Positions 10,255-20,006 of a stretch of 64,000 bases of DNA are shown one piece after another (within the stretch, counting starts at the first letter, position 1; each line of letters opens with the position of its first letter). Where the stretch lies: NCBI GenBank assembly GCA_965140585.1, contig OZ223270.1, positions 544,001 through 608,000 on the forward strand, written 5' to 3'. The notes under the pieces are model-generated. The model was given only the letters and a program-made list of their open reading frames with translations, searched no databases and was not told the DNA's origin. The stretch comes from Spirochaetia bacterium (GTDB lineage: Bacteria; Spirochaetota; Spirochaetia; UBA9216). The translations under genes and the position numbers were made by a program.

Positions 10255-10545
10255 TTAATGATCCTGTACTCTTTCCTTTTCTTTTGAAACTTTATTATCA
10301 AGCTTATTAAAAAGATTGTCTATACCTTTGAAAAGTTCGAAGGTGTTAACCTTCATATGCACCGAAGTGCCCCATTTAAAATTGACAGTGGCTTCAATAT
10401 CATACCCATTCTTATCATGGGTCAGAGTGAGCAGAAGATCTATAATGTTTTCTTCAGCATATTCAAGTCTTTTTAATTTCTTTTCGATGTGCTCCCTTGT
10501 GTTATCACTGATATCGTAATGTACACCCTTAATATCTACGTTCAT
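10255..10545 (-). CDS. hpf: Ribosome hibernation factor (short HPF/RaiA)
   Basis: Typical size and sequence, located between rpoN and hprK. Confidence 0.85.
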   Translation of the reverse strand: MNVDIKGVHYDISDNTREHIEKKLKRLEYAEENIIDLLLTLTHDKNGYDIEATVNFKWGTSVHMKVNTFELFKGIDNLFNKLDNKVSKEKERVQDH

Positions 10546-10602
10546 AGAAGCCTCCTAAAAAATATTAAAACGGAATTGATTTAATAAATTTCAAAACCGC
10601 TG

Positions 10603-11982
10603 TTACCTTGTGTATGATGAATCGATCTTCAATTCATTTCTGTATTTCGCTACCGTCCTCCTTGCTATATTGATTCCCTTCTTCTGAAGCATATCTGAAA
10701 TTTTTTGATCCGAGAGTTTCTTTTCACCGGTATAATTATCTATAATTTCCTTGATTATTTCTTTTACTCCGCCTTTTGAAAACTGTGATCCCTGTGAGCC
10801 GGAGCCGGAAATAGAGTTGGAGAAAAAATATTTTAATGGAAAGATTCCCCATTCTGTCTGAATATATTTAGCATTTGAAATCCTGGAAACGGTTGTTTCA
10901 TGTACAGAAACGGTTTCTGCTATGTCTCTGAGTGTAAGCGGCGCCAGGAACTTCGGACCTTTAAGAAAGAAGTTGCGCTGGAAATCAATTATTGCATTGG
11001 CAATTTTTACAAGGGTTCGGCTTCTCTGGTTAACACTGCGAATGAACCACTGTGCCTCTGAAATATTGGAATTTACAAACTGTTTAACATCCTTGTCGCT
11101 TTCATTTTTTTCCTTCATCATCTTTTTAAAAAATGAATTAACGCCGAGGACAGGAATTTCTTCATCATTGAGTACAATTACAAACTCTCCCTCAACCTGT
11201 TTTACCAGCAGGTCGGGAATTACATAACGGACTGTTGTTGTTGAATATGCCCTGCCGGGAAAAGGGTTAAAGCGTTTAAGAAAGGTTAACAGCTCATTGA
11301 CCTCGTCTTCGCTTATTCCCATTGTTTTGCTTATTTCTTTGATTTTTCCCTTTTCAAGCAGTTCAAGATGTTCAGAGATAAGTGGTTTCAGTTCTTCAGG
11401 TGCTTCCGGGTCAAGATCTATCTGGACAAGAAGTGATTCCCTGTAGCCGGATGTACATGTTCCGGGGGGATCGAAACTTCTGATTATTTCTAGAACATGT
11501 TCCAGGCTTCGGTGTTCATCAGCAGAAACAAGCATTTCGGGATTTTCAACATTAAATCCGTTTTCATCAAGGTTCTGTATTAAAAGTTCGCCAATTTCAC
11601 GCTCTCTTTCAGACAGCCTCTGTACCCTAAGCTGCCAGAGTAGATTATCTGAAAGTGATTCAGGTCTGGTCAGGGTTCCTTCAATAAACTTCTGCTTTGC
11701 GTCGGAGGCTTCATTATCCAGATTGCCGGATCTGGTTGAAAATCCGGGATCTGATGAGTTCTCAAAGTACTCATAAGTTTCAGCATTCCGGCTTTCGGTA
11801 TCTTCAAGAGAGACAGTCTGTTTTTCTGAGATAACTTCAAGAGCAGGGTTTTTTTCAAGTTCTTCCTGAATGCGGGCATTGAGTTCCTGTATCGGCATCG
11901 CCATCAGCTGTATCGACTGGTACATCTGCGGGCTTAACTTTAAGCGCTGTTCCTGAATTATTACAGGTTTCTGATATTGCAA
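10603..11982 (-). CDS. rpoN: RNA polymerase sigma-54
   Basis: QSIQLMAMP...NPALE, HETTVSR, RpoN box ARRTVAKYR. Confidence 0.97.
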   Translation of the reverse strand: MQYQKPVIIQEQRLKLSPQMYQSIQLMAMPIQELNARIQEELEKNPALEVISEKQTVSLEDTESRNAETYEYFENSSDPGFSTRSGNLDNEASDAKQKFIEGTLTRPESLSDNLLWQLRVQRLSEREREIGELLIQNLDENGFNVENPEMLVSADEHRSLEHVLEIIRSFDPPGTCTSGYRESLLVQIDLDPEAPEELKPLISEHLELLEKGKIKEISKTMGISEDEVNELLTFLKRFNPFPGRAYSTTTVRYVIPDLLVKQVEGEFVIVLNDEEIPVLGVNSFFKKMMKEKNESDKDVKQFVNSNISEAQWFIRSVNQRSRTLVKIANAIIDFQRNFFLKGPKFLAPLTLRDIAETVSVHETTVSRISNAKYIQTEWGIFPLKYFFSNSISGSGSQGSQFSKGGVKEIIKEIIDNYTGEKKLSDQKISDMLQKKGINIARRTVAKYRNELKIDSSYTR

Positions 11983-12083
11983 CCTGACCTCCGGTGTTTT
12001 AAAAGCAAAAGTAAACCTAATATAAATATGGTTTAGCGGGAATGATTTGTCAAGAAACTAATGAAACAACCTAATGCTGTTTC

Positions 12084-12842
12084 CTACATCCTGAAATCTT
12101 CGCCGAGATATATTTTCCTGGCTGTTTCATCTGCAAGGAGCTTGTCCCTGGAACCGGAAACCATTATCTCACCAAGATTTATGATATATGCACGGTCTGT
12201 GATCTCAAGAGTATCACGGACATTATGATCTGTAATAAGGATCCCTATTCCCATTTCTGAGAGGTTTTCGATTATCCGCTTTATTTCGTAGACTGCGATT
12301 GGGTCGATACCGGCAAAGGGTTCATCAAGAAGCAGAAAACGCGGTTCAATTGCAAGGGCTCTGGCAATTTCTGTACGTCGGCGCTCGCCTCCTGATAGTG
12401 TGAAGGCCTTCTGTTTTCGGATATGAGTAATTCCCAGCTGTTCAATCAGGTAATCCAGGTGTTCTTTTTTCTGTTCCTTTGAAAGGTCTTTCCTGGTTTC
12501 CAGTATTGCCCAGATATTCTGTTCAACAGATAGTTTTCTGAAAACAGAAGCTTCCTGCGGCAGATATGAAATGCCGGCTCTGGCTCGCTTATACATTGGG
12601 GAATGGGTGATATCATGCTGATCAAGCTGAATTTTTCCGGCAGAAGCGCGGATAAAACCTACGATCATATAGAATACAGTAGTTTTTCCGGCGCCATTAG
12701 GGCCGAGCAGGCCGACTATCTCTCCGTCCTTCATCGAAAAACTTACATCGAGAACAGCAGTCTTTTTACCGAAGGTCTTTTTGAGGCCTTCAACTTCAAG
12801 AGTAGATTTATTCTTTTTCAGAGGTGATTGATCCGCTGACAT
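12084..12842 (-). CDS. lptB: LPS export ABC ATPase
   Basis: [47 protein letters not shown]. Confidence 0.95.
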   Translation of the reverse strand: MSADQSPLKKNKSTLEVEGLKKTFGKKTAVLDVSFSMKDGEIVGLLGPNGAGKTTVFYMIVGFIRASAGKIQLDQHDITHSPMYKRARAGISYLPQEASVFRKLSVEQNIWAILETRKDLSKEQKKEHLDYLIEQLGITHIRKQKAFTLSGGERRRTEIARALAIEPRFLLLDEPFAGIDPIAVYEIKRIIENLSEMGIGILITDHNVRDTLEITDRAYIINLGEIMVSGSRDKLLADETARKIYLGEDFRM

Positions 12843-13482
12843 TTCCTTCCAGTTTTATTTCATCGGTATCGAGATCTATTACAATCCTGGTTGCAATGTA
12901 GGTGTCTCCCTTCCAGTATACACGCGGATTTCCAGTAAGTTCAAGGATGTTAGCATCTCTGTCGTAACCGGCATATTCAGAACGGCAGGTCATTTCCTGA
13001 TTATCCGCAATTTTCAGTATCCGGACGCCAATCTGCAGGGTTGTGAATTTCTCTTTGCTTTTTTCTTCTATATAACCGCTTTTGGCAATCAGCTCATTTT
13101 TACGATCTTCCATTTCGGAATATCCTCGAACTACGATAACCTCGGTTGTTCTGTTGAATTTGAGGCTGCTGCAGGTGAGGGTTGTGTCATTTTCCATATC
13201 AATTACCGTGACATTTCCTGAACATTCAGCTATTTCAAAGTCCTGCCCATAAATCTCAATCAGATCGGCATGAATTTCCTTGTTGTTTGTAATTATTACA
13301 GCATTACCGGTCAGGGTTGTGTGTTCCCTGCCGCTGGCAAGAACGGCTTCGGTATTGTCAGCCGAGAAAGAAAACGTGTCTTTTTCGGCTGCTGCTTCGG
13401 TTTCTTCGGCAGGGATGTCTTCAGCAAGGGCCGGAGATAGTATCATAAATGCGGTCAGAAGGAGTCCCAATATTTTATTCAC
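12808..13482 (-). CDS. lptA: LptA/OstA-family protein
   Basis: Signal peptide, beta-jellyroll-like repeats (LTGNA, SGNV, LTGNP), located between lptC and lptB. Confidence 0.8.
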   Translation of the reverse strand: MNKILGLLLTAFMILSPALAEDIPAEETEAAAEKDTFSFSADNTEAVLASGREHTTLTGNAVIITNNKEIHADLIEIYGQDFEIAECSGNVTVIDMENDTTLTCSSLKFNRTTEVIVVRGYSEMEDRKNELIAKSGYIEEKSKEKFTTLQIGVRILKIADNQEMTCRSEYAGYDRDANILELTGNPRVYWKGDTYIATRIVIDLDTDEIKLEGNVSGSITSEKE

Positions 13483-14032
13483 TGTTTACCCACCTTCCGG
13501 AGACTCCACTCTCAAACTTAATGGTTCTTGTATTGCTGTCGGCGTAAAATCCGGCACCTTCAATAGCACTGCTGTCGTCTTTTACTATCTTTACACTCTC
13601 GTCGCTTTTTCCGGTAAGCACTGACTTTTCATTGTCCCAGAAGAGGTAATCTCCCTCAAGGGTTGCGCTTTCTTCTTTTGAGTAGAAGTAGAGCCCTCCC
13701 CATATTTCGACGTTTTCGGTTTCGGTGAACATCAGGGCATTTTCGGCTTTTCCGTCGGTTATGATCTCGCCGTTTTTATCATATTCCTGAAAGTGAATGT
13801 TTTTAAAGTGGGTTTCTTTTTTCTTGCCGAACGACCACGATTCAGATGCTTCTATTAAAAAGGCAGGTGATGAATCTTTTACCATTACCTGTGTGAATTC
13901 GGTCAGAATAGTATCCGGAATATCCTCTTCAATCTCTTCAGCAATCATTGTTTCATCATAATTGAAGCGGCATCCGGTAAAGACCAAGATGTTGTAGAGT
14001 AGAAAGAGTGTTATACCAGTCTTTTTCACCAT
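13475..14032 (-). CDS. lptC: LPS export protein LptC
   Basis: Lipobox-like N-terminus (VFTGC), IEGAGF motif, operon position. Confidence 0.8.
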   Translation of the reverse strand: MVKKTGITLFLLYNILVFTGCRFNYDETMIAEEIEEDIPDTILTEFTQVMVKDSSPAFLIEASESWSFGKKKETHFKNIHFQEYDKNGEIITDGKAENALMFTETENVEIWGGLYFYSKEESATLEGDYLFWDNEKSVLTGKSDESVKIVKDDSSAIEGAGFYADSNTRTIKFESGVSGRWVNSE

Positions 14033-14080
14033 TTCTGATGATTATCGAAGAATTAAACAAAAAGATCAATGATATGGTAT

Positions 14081-14104
14081 TTCTAAAAACTGCAGTTTTT
14101 AGAA
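14081..14104. repeat. Perfect 24-bp intergenic palindrome
   Basis: TTCTAAAAACTGCAGTTTTTAGAA between the divergent lptC and cheR. Confidence 0.8.
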
Positions 14105-14124
14105 GTTCGTAATAATTATTTAAG

Positions 14125-14153
14125 TTGACATTGCATTCTTTGATGACTAAACT
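14125..14153 (+). promoter_or_regulatory. Putative sigma70 promoter of cheR-cheB
   Basis: TTGACA, 17 bp, TAAACT. Confidence 0.55.
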
Positions 14154-14182
14154 TTAATTATCGCTTTATAACAGGTGTATGA

Positions 14183-14998
14183 ATGAACCGCTTTCTAAGT
14201 GAAAAAGATTTTAATGATTTTAAAACTATGATTTATGATGCCAGCGGCATCTACTTCTCTGATTCGAATGCTACTATTCTTGAAAGCCGGCTTAAGGATC
14301 GTCTCAGGAAAATGAATCTGGAAACTCCCGGTGAGTATTATCAGTATATAAAGAAGAATGAGGGAGAACTTAAAGTTCTTCTTGATTCAGTTACAACAAA
14401 CCTCACCAGATTTTTCCGTAATACGGCACATTTTCAGACATTTGAGAACTATGTAATTCCTGAACTGGTAGAACATAAAAAGAAATCAGGCTCGAATACA
14501 ATAAAGCTCTGGAGTGCGGGCTGTTCCACTGGTGAGGAACCCTATTCTCTGGCAATGGCATTCCGGGAAAATCTTCCCCCCGGTTTCAAAGCTGAAATAA
14601 CGGCCTCGGATCTAAGCCTTCAGTCATTGATGACTGCGAAAGAGGGCTTCTATTCTGATAATAAAATGAATGGTGTTCCTGAGAAATACCTAAATAAGTA
14701 TTTTGAACGCAAAGATGGTGGTTACAAGGTTATTGATGATATTCGAAACAATATTAAGTTTGATTACCATAACCTGAAATTTGACAGCGGACAGAACGAT
14801 CTGGATCTAATCTTCTGTAGAAATGTTATTATTTATTTTGATGAAGCGGCTCAGCAGGCAGTTATAGACAAGTTTTGGAATTCAATGAACAGGCATTCCT
14901 ACCTTTTTATAGGTCACTCTGAGTCCCTGTTCGGTATGAAAACAGAATTTGAATTTTTAAAAACTGACTGGGCTTGTATTTACAGAAAGTTTAAATAG
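14183..14998 (+). CDS. cheR: Chemotaxis methyltransferase
   Basis: TTNLTRFFRN, WSAGCSTGEEPYSLAM, DLIFCRNVIIYF. Confidence 0.97.
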   Translation: MNRFLSEKDFNDFKTMIYDASGIYFSDSNATILESRLKDRLRKMNLETPGEYYQYIKKNEGELKVLLDSVTTNLTRFFRNTAHFQTFENYVIPELVEHKKKSGSNTIKLWSAGCSTGEEPYSLAMAFRENLPPGFKAEITASDLSLQSLMTAKEGFYSDNKMNGVPEKYLNKYFERKDGGYKVIDDIRNNIKFDYHNLKFDSGQNDLDLIFCRNVIIYFDEAAQQAVIDKFWNSMNRHSYLFIGHSESLFGMKTEFEFLKTDWACIYRKFK

Positions 14999-15012
14999 GA
15001 AGCAACAAAGAA

Positions 15013-16161
15013 ATGTTGAACTCTGATGATATATCCGTGCTGATCTGTGATGATTCAGCACTCATGCGTAATTTAATCAGCAGAATGATAGAAAATACTG
15101 AAGGCCTTGCTGTTGCCGGAAAGGCTTTTAACGGCAAATTTGCCCTTGATAAGATTCCCAAGCTTAATCCGGATATTATAGTTCTGGACCTTGAAATGCC
15201 GGAAATGAATGGAATTGAATTCCTGAAAGAAAGAAAACGTCTGAATATTGAGATTCCTGTAGTGATTCTTTCTTCGGTTGCGAAGAAGGGTGCTGAGGTG
15301 ACGATGCAGGCACTTTCTCTGGGCGCTTCTGATTTTATTATGAAGCCGACAGATACAAATAATCAGGATTTACATCAGATTGCCGGTCATATTGTTGATA
15401 CACTGATTGCCTACGGATCCCGGTATAAAAAAACAAAGAAACCCCCGGCCTCCGGTAGTCCTTCATCCATTAGTTCAAGCAGTTCCATAAGAACTTCAAC
15501 TTTCCAGCCGCCACCGCTGAGAACTTCTACGGCTGCGGCGGTTAAGGCTCCGACTCCGGCTGCTTCGAGGAAGATCACGGATAAGGTTGAGCTTGTAGTG
15601 ATAGGTATTTCCACCGGCGGTCCTAATGCTTTGCGGGAAGTATTTAAAGAGATTGATCCGAAGCTTCCGGTACCAATTCTTGTTGTTCAGCATATGCCTG
15701 CCGGGTTTACAGAAGAATTTGCCCGAAGTCTCGATAAGATATGTCCGCTTGCAGTAAAGGAAGCCGCGGAAGGTGATATTATTAGTCCGGGACGTGTCCT
15801 GATAGCTCCGGGATCCGCTCATCTCAAGGTGGACAGGAAGCGTCTGGCCTCTGTTGCCATCCTTGATTATTCTGAGCCTGTAAACGGACATCGTCCTTCG
15901 GCTGATATCCTTTTTGCGTCAGCTGCCGAAGCATATGGCGGGAATGTCCTTGGTGTTATTATGACCGGAATGGGTAAGGACGGTGCAAAAGAACTTGGCA
16001 CCCTTTACAATAAGGGTGCTGTAACGATTGGACAGGATGAAGAATCTTCGATTGTATACGGAATGCCCAGGGTTGCTTTTGAATCGGGATTTGTCGATTA
16101 TCAGCTGCCTCTGGATCAGATTGCCGCGAAGATTTCTGAAATTGTAAACGAAAAACGTTAA
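15013..16161 (+). CDS. cheB: Chemotaxis methylesterase
   Basis: REC domain plus ISTGGP, VQHMP, HRPSAD, MTGMGKDG. Confidence 0.97.
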   Translation: MLNSDDISVLICDDSALMRNLISRMIENTEGLAVAGKAFNGKFALDKIPKLNPDIIVLDLEMPEMNGIEFLKERKRLNIEIPVVILSSVAKKGAEVTMQALSLGASDFIMKPTDTNNQDLHQIAGHIVDTLIAYGSRYKKTKKPPASGSPSSISSSSSIRTSTFQPPPLRTSTAAAVKAPTPAASRKITDKVELVVIGISTGGPNALREVFKEIDPKLPVPILVVQHMPAGFTEEFARSLDKICPLAVKEAAEGDIISPGRVLIAPGSAHLKVDRKRLASVAILDYSEPVNGHRPSADILFASAAEAYGGNVLGVIMTGMGKDGAKELGTLYNKGAVTIGQDEESSIVYGMPRVAFESGFVDYQLPLDQIAAKISEIVNEKR

Positions 16162-16565
16162 TCAAGTTTGCCGGTGATTACCGGCATTGCCTTCTTTCCT
16201 GATAATTTCCCTGTAATAAAAGTTATCCCGAATCCTGCGGCTATTCCTATCAAACCGAAAAGCACCTTAATGCCTTCTGATGGATTGGGAAGTATCTTTC
16301 CTGAAAGGAAGAAAAACAGGAAAAACAGAAGCAGCGGAAATATCATGACCATAAAGGCTGAGCCTATTGTTTTCCCTGTAGGCAGCTCCACCTCTACACG
16401 TGAGCCTGGTTCAAGCTCAAAATTGCTTCTGTTGTGAGCTTCAAATGTCTTCTGGCCCGCTGTGCATAATCCGCTTGCTGCACAAGACTTACAGCCCTCG
16501 GTATCGCTGCACGCCAGCGTTATAATGTCATTTTTTATATCAATTACTGTCGCTTTCTCCAGCAT
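16158..16565 (-). CDS. RseC/MucC-family membrane protein
   Basis: MLEKATV...CKSCAASGLC followed by two TM helices; likely start 16565. Confidence 0.8.
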   Translation of the reverse strand: MLEKATVIDIKNDIITLACSDTEGCKSCAASGLCTAGQKTFEAHNRSNFELEPGSRVEVELPTGKTIGSAFMVMIFPLLLFFLFFFLSGKILPNPSEGIKVLFGLIGIAAGFGITFITGKLSGKKAMPVITGKLD

Positions 16566-17361
16566 CCGGTACCTCCGCACATTCTTTTCTGATGCTTTTA
16601 ATCGAAACAGCTTTATGGCTGTCATCAAACTCTATAATTACACCCTGAAGTTCAGGTTTTTTCCACGCATCCCTCGACCTTTCCGGGACCTGAGTAAGAA
16701 ACTTCTGAAGTTCAATTTCCCGATCAAGCCCGCCGACAGATTCTATGCTACCGGTTCTTCCGGTGTCGCATATAGTTGCAGTTCCTCCTGGAAGGATCTG
16801 CTCATCCGCACTGAGTGCTTTGGTATGTGTTCCTGTGATTGCAGATATTTTTCCATCCATGTGATGAAACATGGTGTATTTTTCTGCTGTAGTGGCTGCA
16901 TGGAAGTCCATGATGACAATGTCAGCATCCTCTTTGAGCCTTGCCGCCAAATCAGGCGCATAACTGAAAGGGTTGCTAAGGTGAATCCGGTTGAATCCTG
17001 ACTGTCCAAGCATTGAAATCACACCGATTCTGGTCTCACCGGCATTGTAAATTCTCCAGCCGCGTCCGGGGTTTCCCGGAGGATAATTTGCAGGGCGGAG
17101 AATGTAAGGGGCTTTTATGATATGATCGACCATATCCTTTTTATAGTAACCCTTCTCTCCCAGGGTCTGACAGTCGATTCCCAGTTTCCGCATATATACA
17201 GAATGGTTTTTTCCAAGTCCGAAACCGCCGGTTACACCTTCGGTATTTGCAATTACGAAATCAATATTTTCCTCTTCCCTGATAACGGAAAGCAGTTTTT
17301 TGATGCAGAAGACGCCGGCTTTTCCGACGACTTCACCAATGCACAGAATGCGAGTACTCAT
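16540..17361 (-). CDS. YmdB/TIGR00282-family metallophosphoesterase
   Basis: IGEVVGKAG, ILRPANYP, DFHAATTAEK, GTHTK; several metal ligands appear substituted. Confidence 0.85.
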   Translation of the reverse strand: MSTRILCIGEVVGKAGVFCIKKLLSVIREEENIDFVIANTEGVTGGFGLGKNHSVYMRKLGIDCQTLGEKGYYKKDMVDHIIKAPYILRPANYPPGNPGRGWRIYNAGETRIGVISMLGQSGFNRIHLSNPFSYAPDLAARLKEDADIVIMDFHAATTAEKYTMFHHMDGKISAITGTHTKALSADEQILPGGTATICDTGRTGSIESVGGLDREIELQKFLTQVPERSRDAWKKPELQGVIIEFDDSHKAVSIKSIRKECAEVPDAGESDSN

Positions 17362-17406
17362 ACCTTTAAGATACAGAAAACCGGGATAAAAGGAAAGAGC
17401 GCGGAA

Positions 17407-19521
17407 CTAATCCGCGCAACCTTCTGAGCCTGTAACGAATTCACTGAATTTATCGTTCAGATCATTAATTATTGAATCGAGTTCCACTGTTATATTCTGA
17501 AGATCTTCCATTGCTTCAACAACACCTAAAGCCTGCTTGAATATATTATTCATTCCGCCTTCAACCTCAGTTGAGTTGTCTTTAATCAAAAGAAGCGCCT
17601 TGTTCGAAGTTTCAATGCCGCGGTGCATATCGGCAGAGCTTGTGCTGACCTCTCCGGTAACGTCATTGATTTGTTCGGTTGATTCCATGATCTGAGTTCC
17701 GCCGATAGTCAGTTCGGAGACGGCACTTTCAATCTCAAGAAAGGCATTGACTGTTGATTCAACTTCATTTGAAATAGAGTCAAAAGTTTTAAGGGTATGA
17801 CTCATGTTTTCAGAAGTATTTCTGATACCGTTGGTTATTTCTTTAATTAGTGAACTGATTGAACTTGACGACGCTCCTGCTGTTTCGGCTAGCTTCCTGA
17901 TTTCTTCAGCTACTACTGCGAAACCTCTTCCGGATTCACCGGCATGTGCAGCCTCGATTGCAGCATTCATTGAAAGCAGGTTAGTCTGGGAAGCTATGTT
18001 GTTGATGGTTTCAGTCATTTCCTGGATGTTTGTGATTTTTTCAACAACGGTTGAGAATACAGATGAAGTGTTGTCGATCTGGAGTTTTCCTTCCTCAGCA
18101 ATTTTTTTCAGAGATCCGGTTGAATCCTTCTTAACACGTGTGATGTTTCCGACGTTATTCAGCGACGCTATCATCTGGGTTATTGCCGCCGATGATTCCT
18201 CTACAAGAGAGCTCTGATTTGAGATAACCTTGTCAAATGACTCGGTATTTGTTGTAATCTGGGTCATTGCAGATGCGTTATCGTTGATTCTTGTGTTCAT
18301 CTCTGTAAGCCTGAACTCCACATTCCGGATGCTTTCATTTATATTCTGGATTGATGCTGCCGTCGATTCAGTTCGGGTGATGATCTTGTCCTTTATAACA
18401 TCAGTCTGAGCTACAGCATTCTGGATTTCAGATACAAGTTCACACTGTTTTTCCATGAAGATATTAAAGTTCCGGGCAACATCTCCAACCTCATCCTTAC
18501 TGCTGATATCAAGCCGTCTTGTAAGATCAGCCTTGCCCTCTGCAATATTTTTTAATGATGTATTTACTTTCCGCAGAGGTGATATGATTCTGTTTATCAG
18601 AAGCGCTGTAATGGCCAGCAGGATGATAAGGGCAATAACTGAAGTAACGATAAACGACGTAAGAATGGGTTTAAGCCGGTTTTTATACACCGAGGTTGGA
18701 ACCGCCGCGACAAGGAGTCCTGCCGCTGTTTTACGGAAAGAGGTGAATATTTCATTTTCCTTCCATATATAAGTAAAGCTTCCCTCTCCCATCTCAAATA
18801 TTTTCATTGCAAAATCTAGTGTTGTCATATCATAACCGATCAACTCAGTGTTAACATGGTGTGTGCAGAGCTTGGTTTCCGGGTCAAGGATGTAGGCGTA
18901 GCCGCCTTCAGTGTATTTATAATTAGAGATGATTTTCTGAAGATCCGAAGCCTCAAGTACTGTCTGCAGCTCTTCCGGTTTCACTCCTATCTGGATAAAA
19001 CCCTTACCGCCTTCACGGGCAACACCAATATACTGAAACAGGACATTATCGATAGCCCTTCTCTGGGGTTCCTGTGCTATTTCAAAGTCTGGATCCTGTA
19101 GCAGCTTCATGAAGGGGCGGCTTTGATCTCCGGAATTAAAATCGAACCCATAAAATCCCGGTGTTGTTCCGGCATAAAGTATTCCGTTTGAATCGGCAAC
19201 ATGTATTTCTTCGATTCCGACCTGTTCTGCCAGTTTCATCATGGCAGCGGTTCCGGGTGTTTCCGGAACGGCATCAATATAGCGGGCCACACTTCGGGCT
19301 ATTCTTATGAAATTCCGATCCATTGATTCTTTCATTATGTCTGTAATGTTAAGCATTATATTTTCCTGGAATTCAATATCGTCCAGGGTACCAAGTGTTG
19401 AAACCTCCATAACATTGTCTATCTCGTCGGATATGTTGGTATACCCGATAAAAGATATGATTGCTTCGGCCGCTAACAGGATTACGGCGATGGGCAAAAT
19501 GAGTTTGTAAATAATTTTCAC
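17407..19521 (-). CDS. Methyl-accepting chemotaxis protein (Cache-like sensor, HAMP)
   Basis: Two TM helices, HAMP ([11 protein letters not shown]), [35 protein letters not shown]. Confidence 0.95.
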   Translation of the reverse strand: MKIIYKLILPIAVILLAAEAIISFIGYTNISDEIDNVMEVSTLGTLDDIEFQENIMLNITDIMKESMDRNFIRIARSVARYIDAVPETPGTAAMMKLAEQVGIEEIHVADSNGILYAGTTPGFYGFDFNSGDQSRPFMKLLQDPDFEIAQEPQRRAIDNVLFQYIGVAREGGKGFIQIGVKPEELQTVLEASDLQKIISNYKYTEGGYAYILDPETKLCTHHVNTELIGYDMTTLDFAMKIFEMGEGSFTYIWKENEIFTSFRKTAAGLLVAAVPTSVYKNRLKPILTSFIVTSVIALIILLAITALLINRIISPLRKVNTSLKNIAEGKADLTRRLDISSKDEVGDVARNFNIFMEKQCELVSEIQNAVAQTDVIKDKIITRTESTAASIQNINESIRNVEFRLTEMNTRINDNASAMTQITTNTESFDKVISNQSSLVEESSAAITQMIASLNNVGNITRVKKDSTGSLKKIAEEGKLQIDNTSSVFSTVVEKITNIQEMTETINNIASQTNLLSMNAAIEAAHAGESGRGFAVVAEEIRKLAETAGASSSSISSLIKEITNGIRNTSENMSHTLKTFDSISNEVESTVNAFLEIESAVSELTIGGTQIMESTEQINDVTGEVSTSSADMHRGIETSNKALLLIKDNSTEVEGGMNNIFKQALGVVEAMEDLQNITVELDSIINDLNDKFSEFVTGSEGCAD

Positions 19522-19604
19522 GCAATCTCCTCCTATATCTTATATCGACTTCAGGCTAGTGCAGGTTTATTTTTTTTCAGCGTGAAATATACAACTGCCT
19601 TATA

Positions 19605-19633
19605 TTGACAATCGTGAAAGTGTAGAGTAACAT
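19605..19633 (+). promoter_or_regulatory. tRNA promoter
   Basis: TTGACA, 17 bp, TAACAT. Confidence 0.7.
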
Positions 19634-19645
19634 GTCATCCACAAT

Positions 19646-19729
19646 GCCCAGGTGGTGAAATTGGTAGACACGCTAGGTTCAGGGTCTAGTGTCCGTGCGG
19701 ACATGCTGGTTCGAGTCCAGTTCTGGGCA
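19646..19729 (+). tRNA. tRNA-Leu(CAG)
   Basis: Acceptor GCCCAGG/TCTGGGC-A, anticodon arm CTAGG-TT-CAG-GG-TCTAG, long variable arm, GGTTCGAGTCC T-arm. Confidence 0.97.
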
Positions 19730-19758
19730 AATATAAACCCTTACGGGGGAAGAGATTA

Positions 19759-19788
19759 GGACGATTTCAGACGAAATCGTCTTTTTTT
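19759..19788 (+). terminator. Terminator after tRNA-Leu
   Basis: GGACGATTTC-agac-GAAATCGTCT followed by a T-run. Confidence 0.85.
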
Positions 19789-19790
19789 AT

Positions 19791-19835
19791 TTAGGCGTCA
19801 TTTTGTCACTGACGCCAGTATTGACGCCAATTGAA
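19791..19835. repeat. Integrase arm-type-like repeats (TGACGCC twice direct, once inverted)
   Basis: ACTGACGCCAGTATTGACGCCAATTGAA at 19808-19835 is identical to 55331-55358; inverted GGCGTCA at 19794-19800. Confidence 0.6.
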
Positions 19836-20006
19836 ATGGTTTTAATGTAGAAAATTTTTAGAATTAAAATCTTTCACATAACCCTTCTTCTCTATGGTAT
19901 TATTTGTATTGAAAAAAAAGTGTTAGAAGGGATATTTGTGTGACCATTATCTTGTTGATAGCTATTTGCCATCCTTGACGCTCAAAGTTTTCACGGAGGC
20001 TCAAAT

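Noticed and set aside
15440-15570. Ser/Pro/Ala low-complexity stretch in cheB
   Set aside because: Ordinary variable linker between the REC and esterase domains
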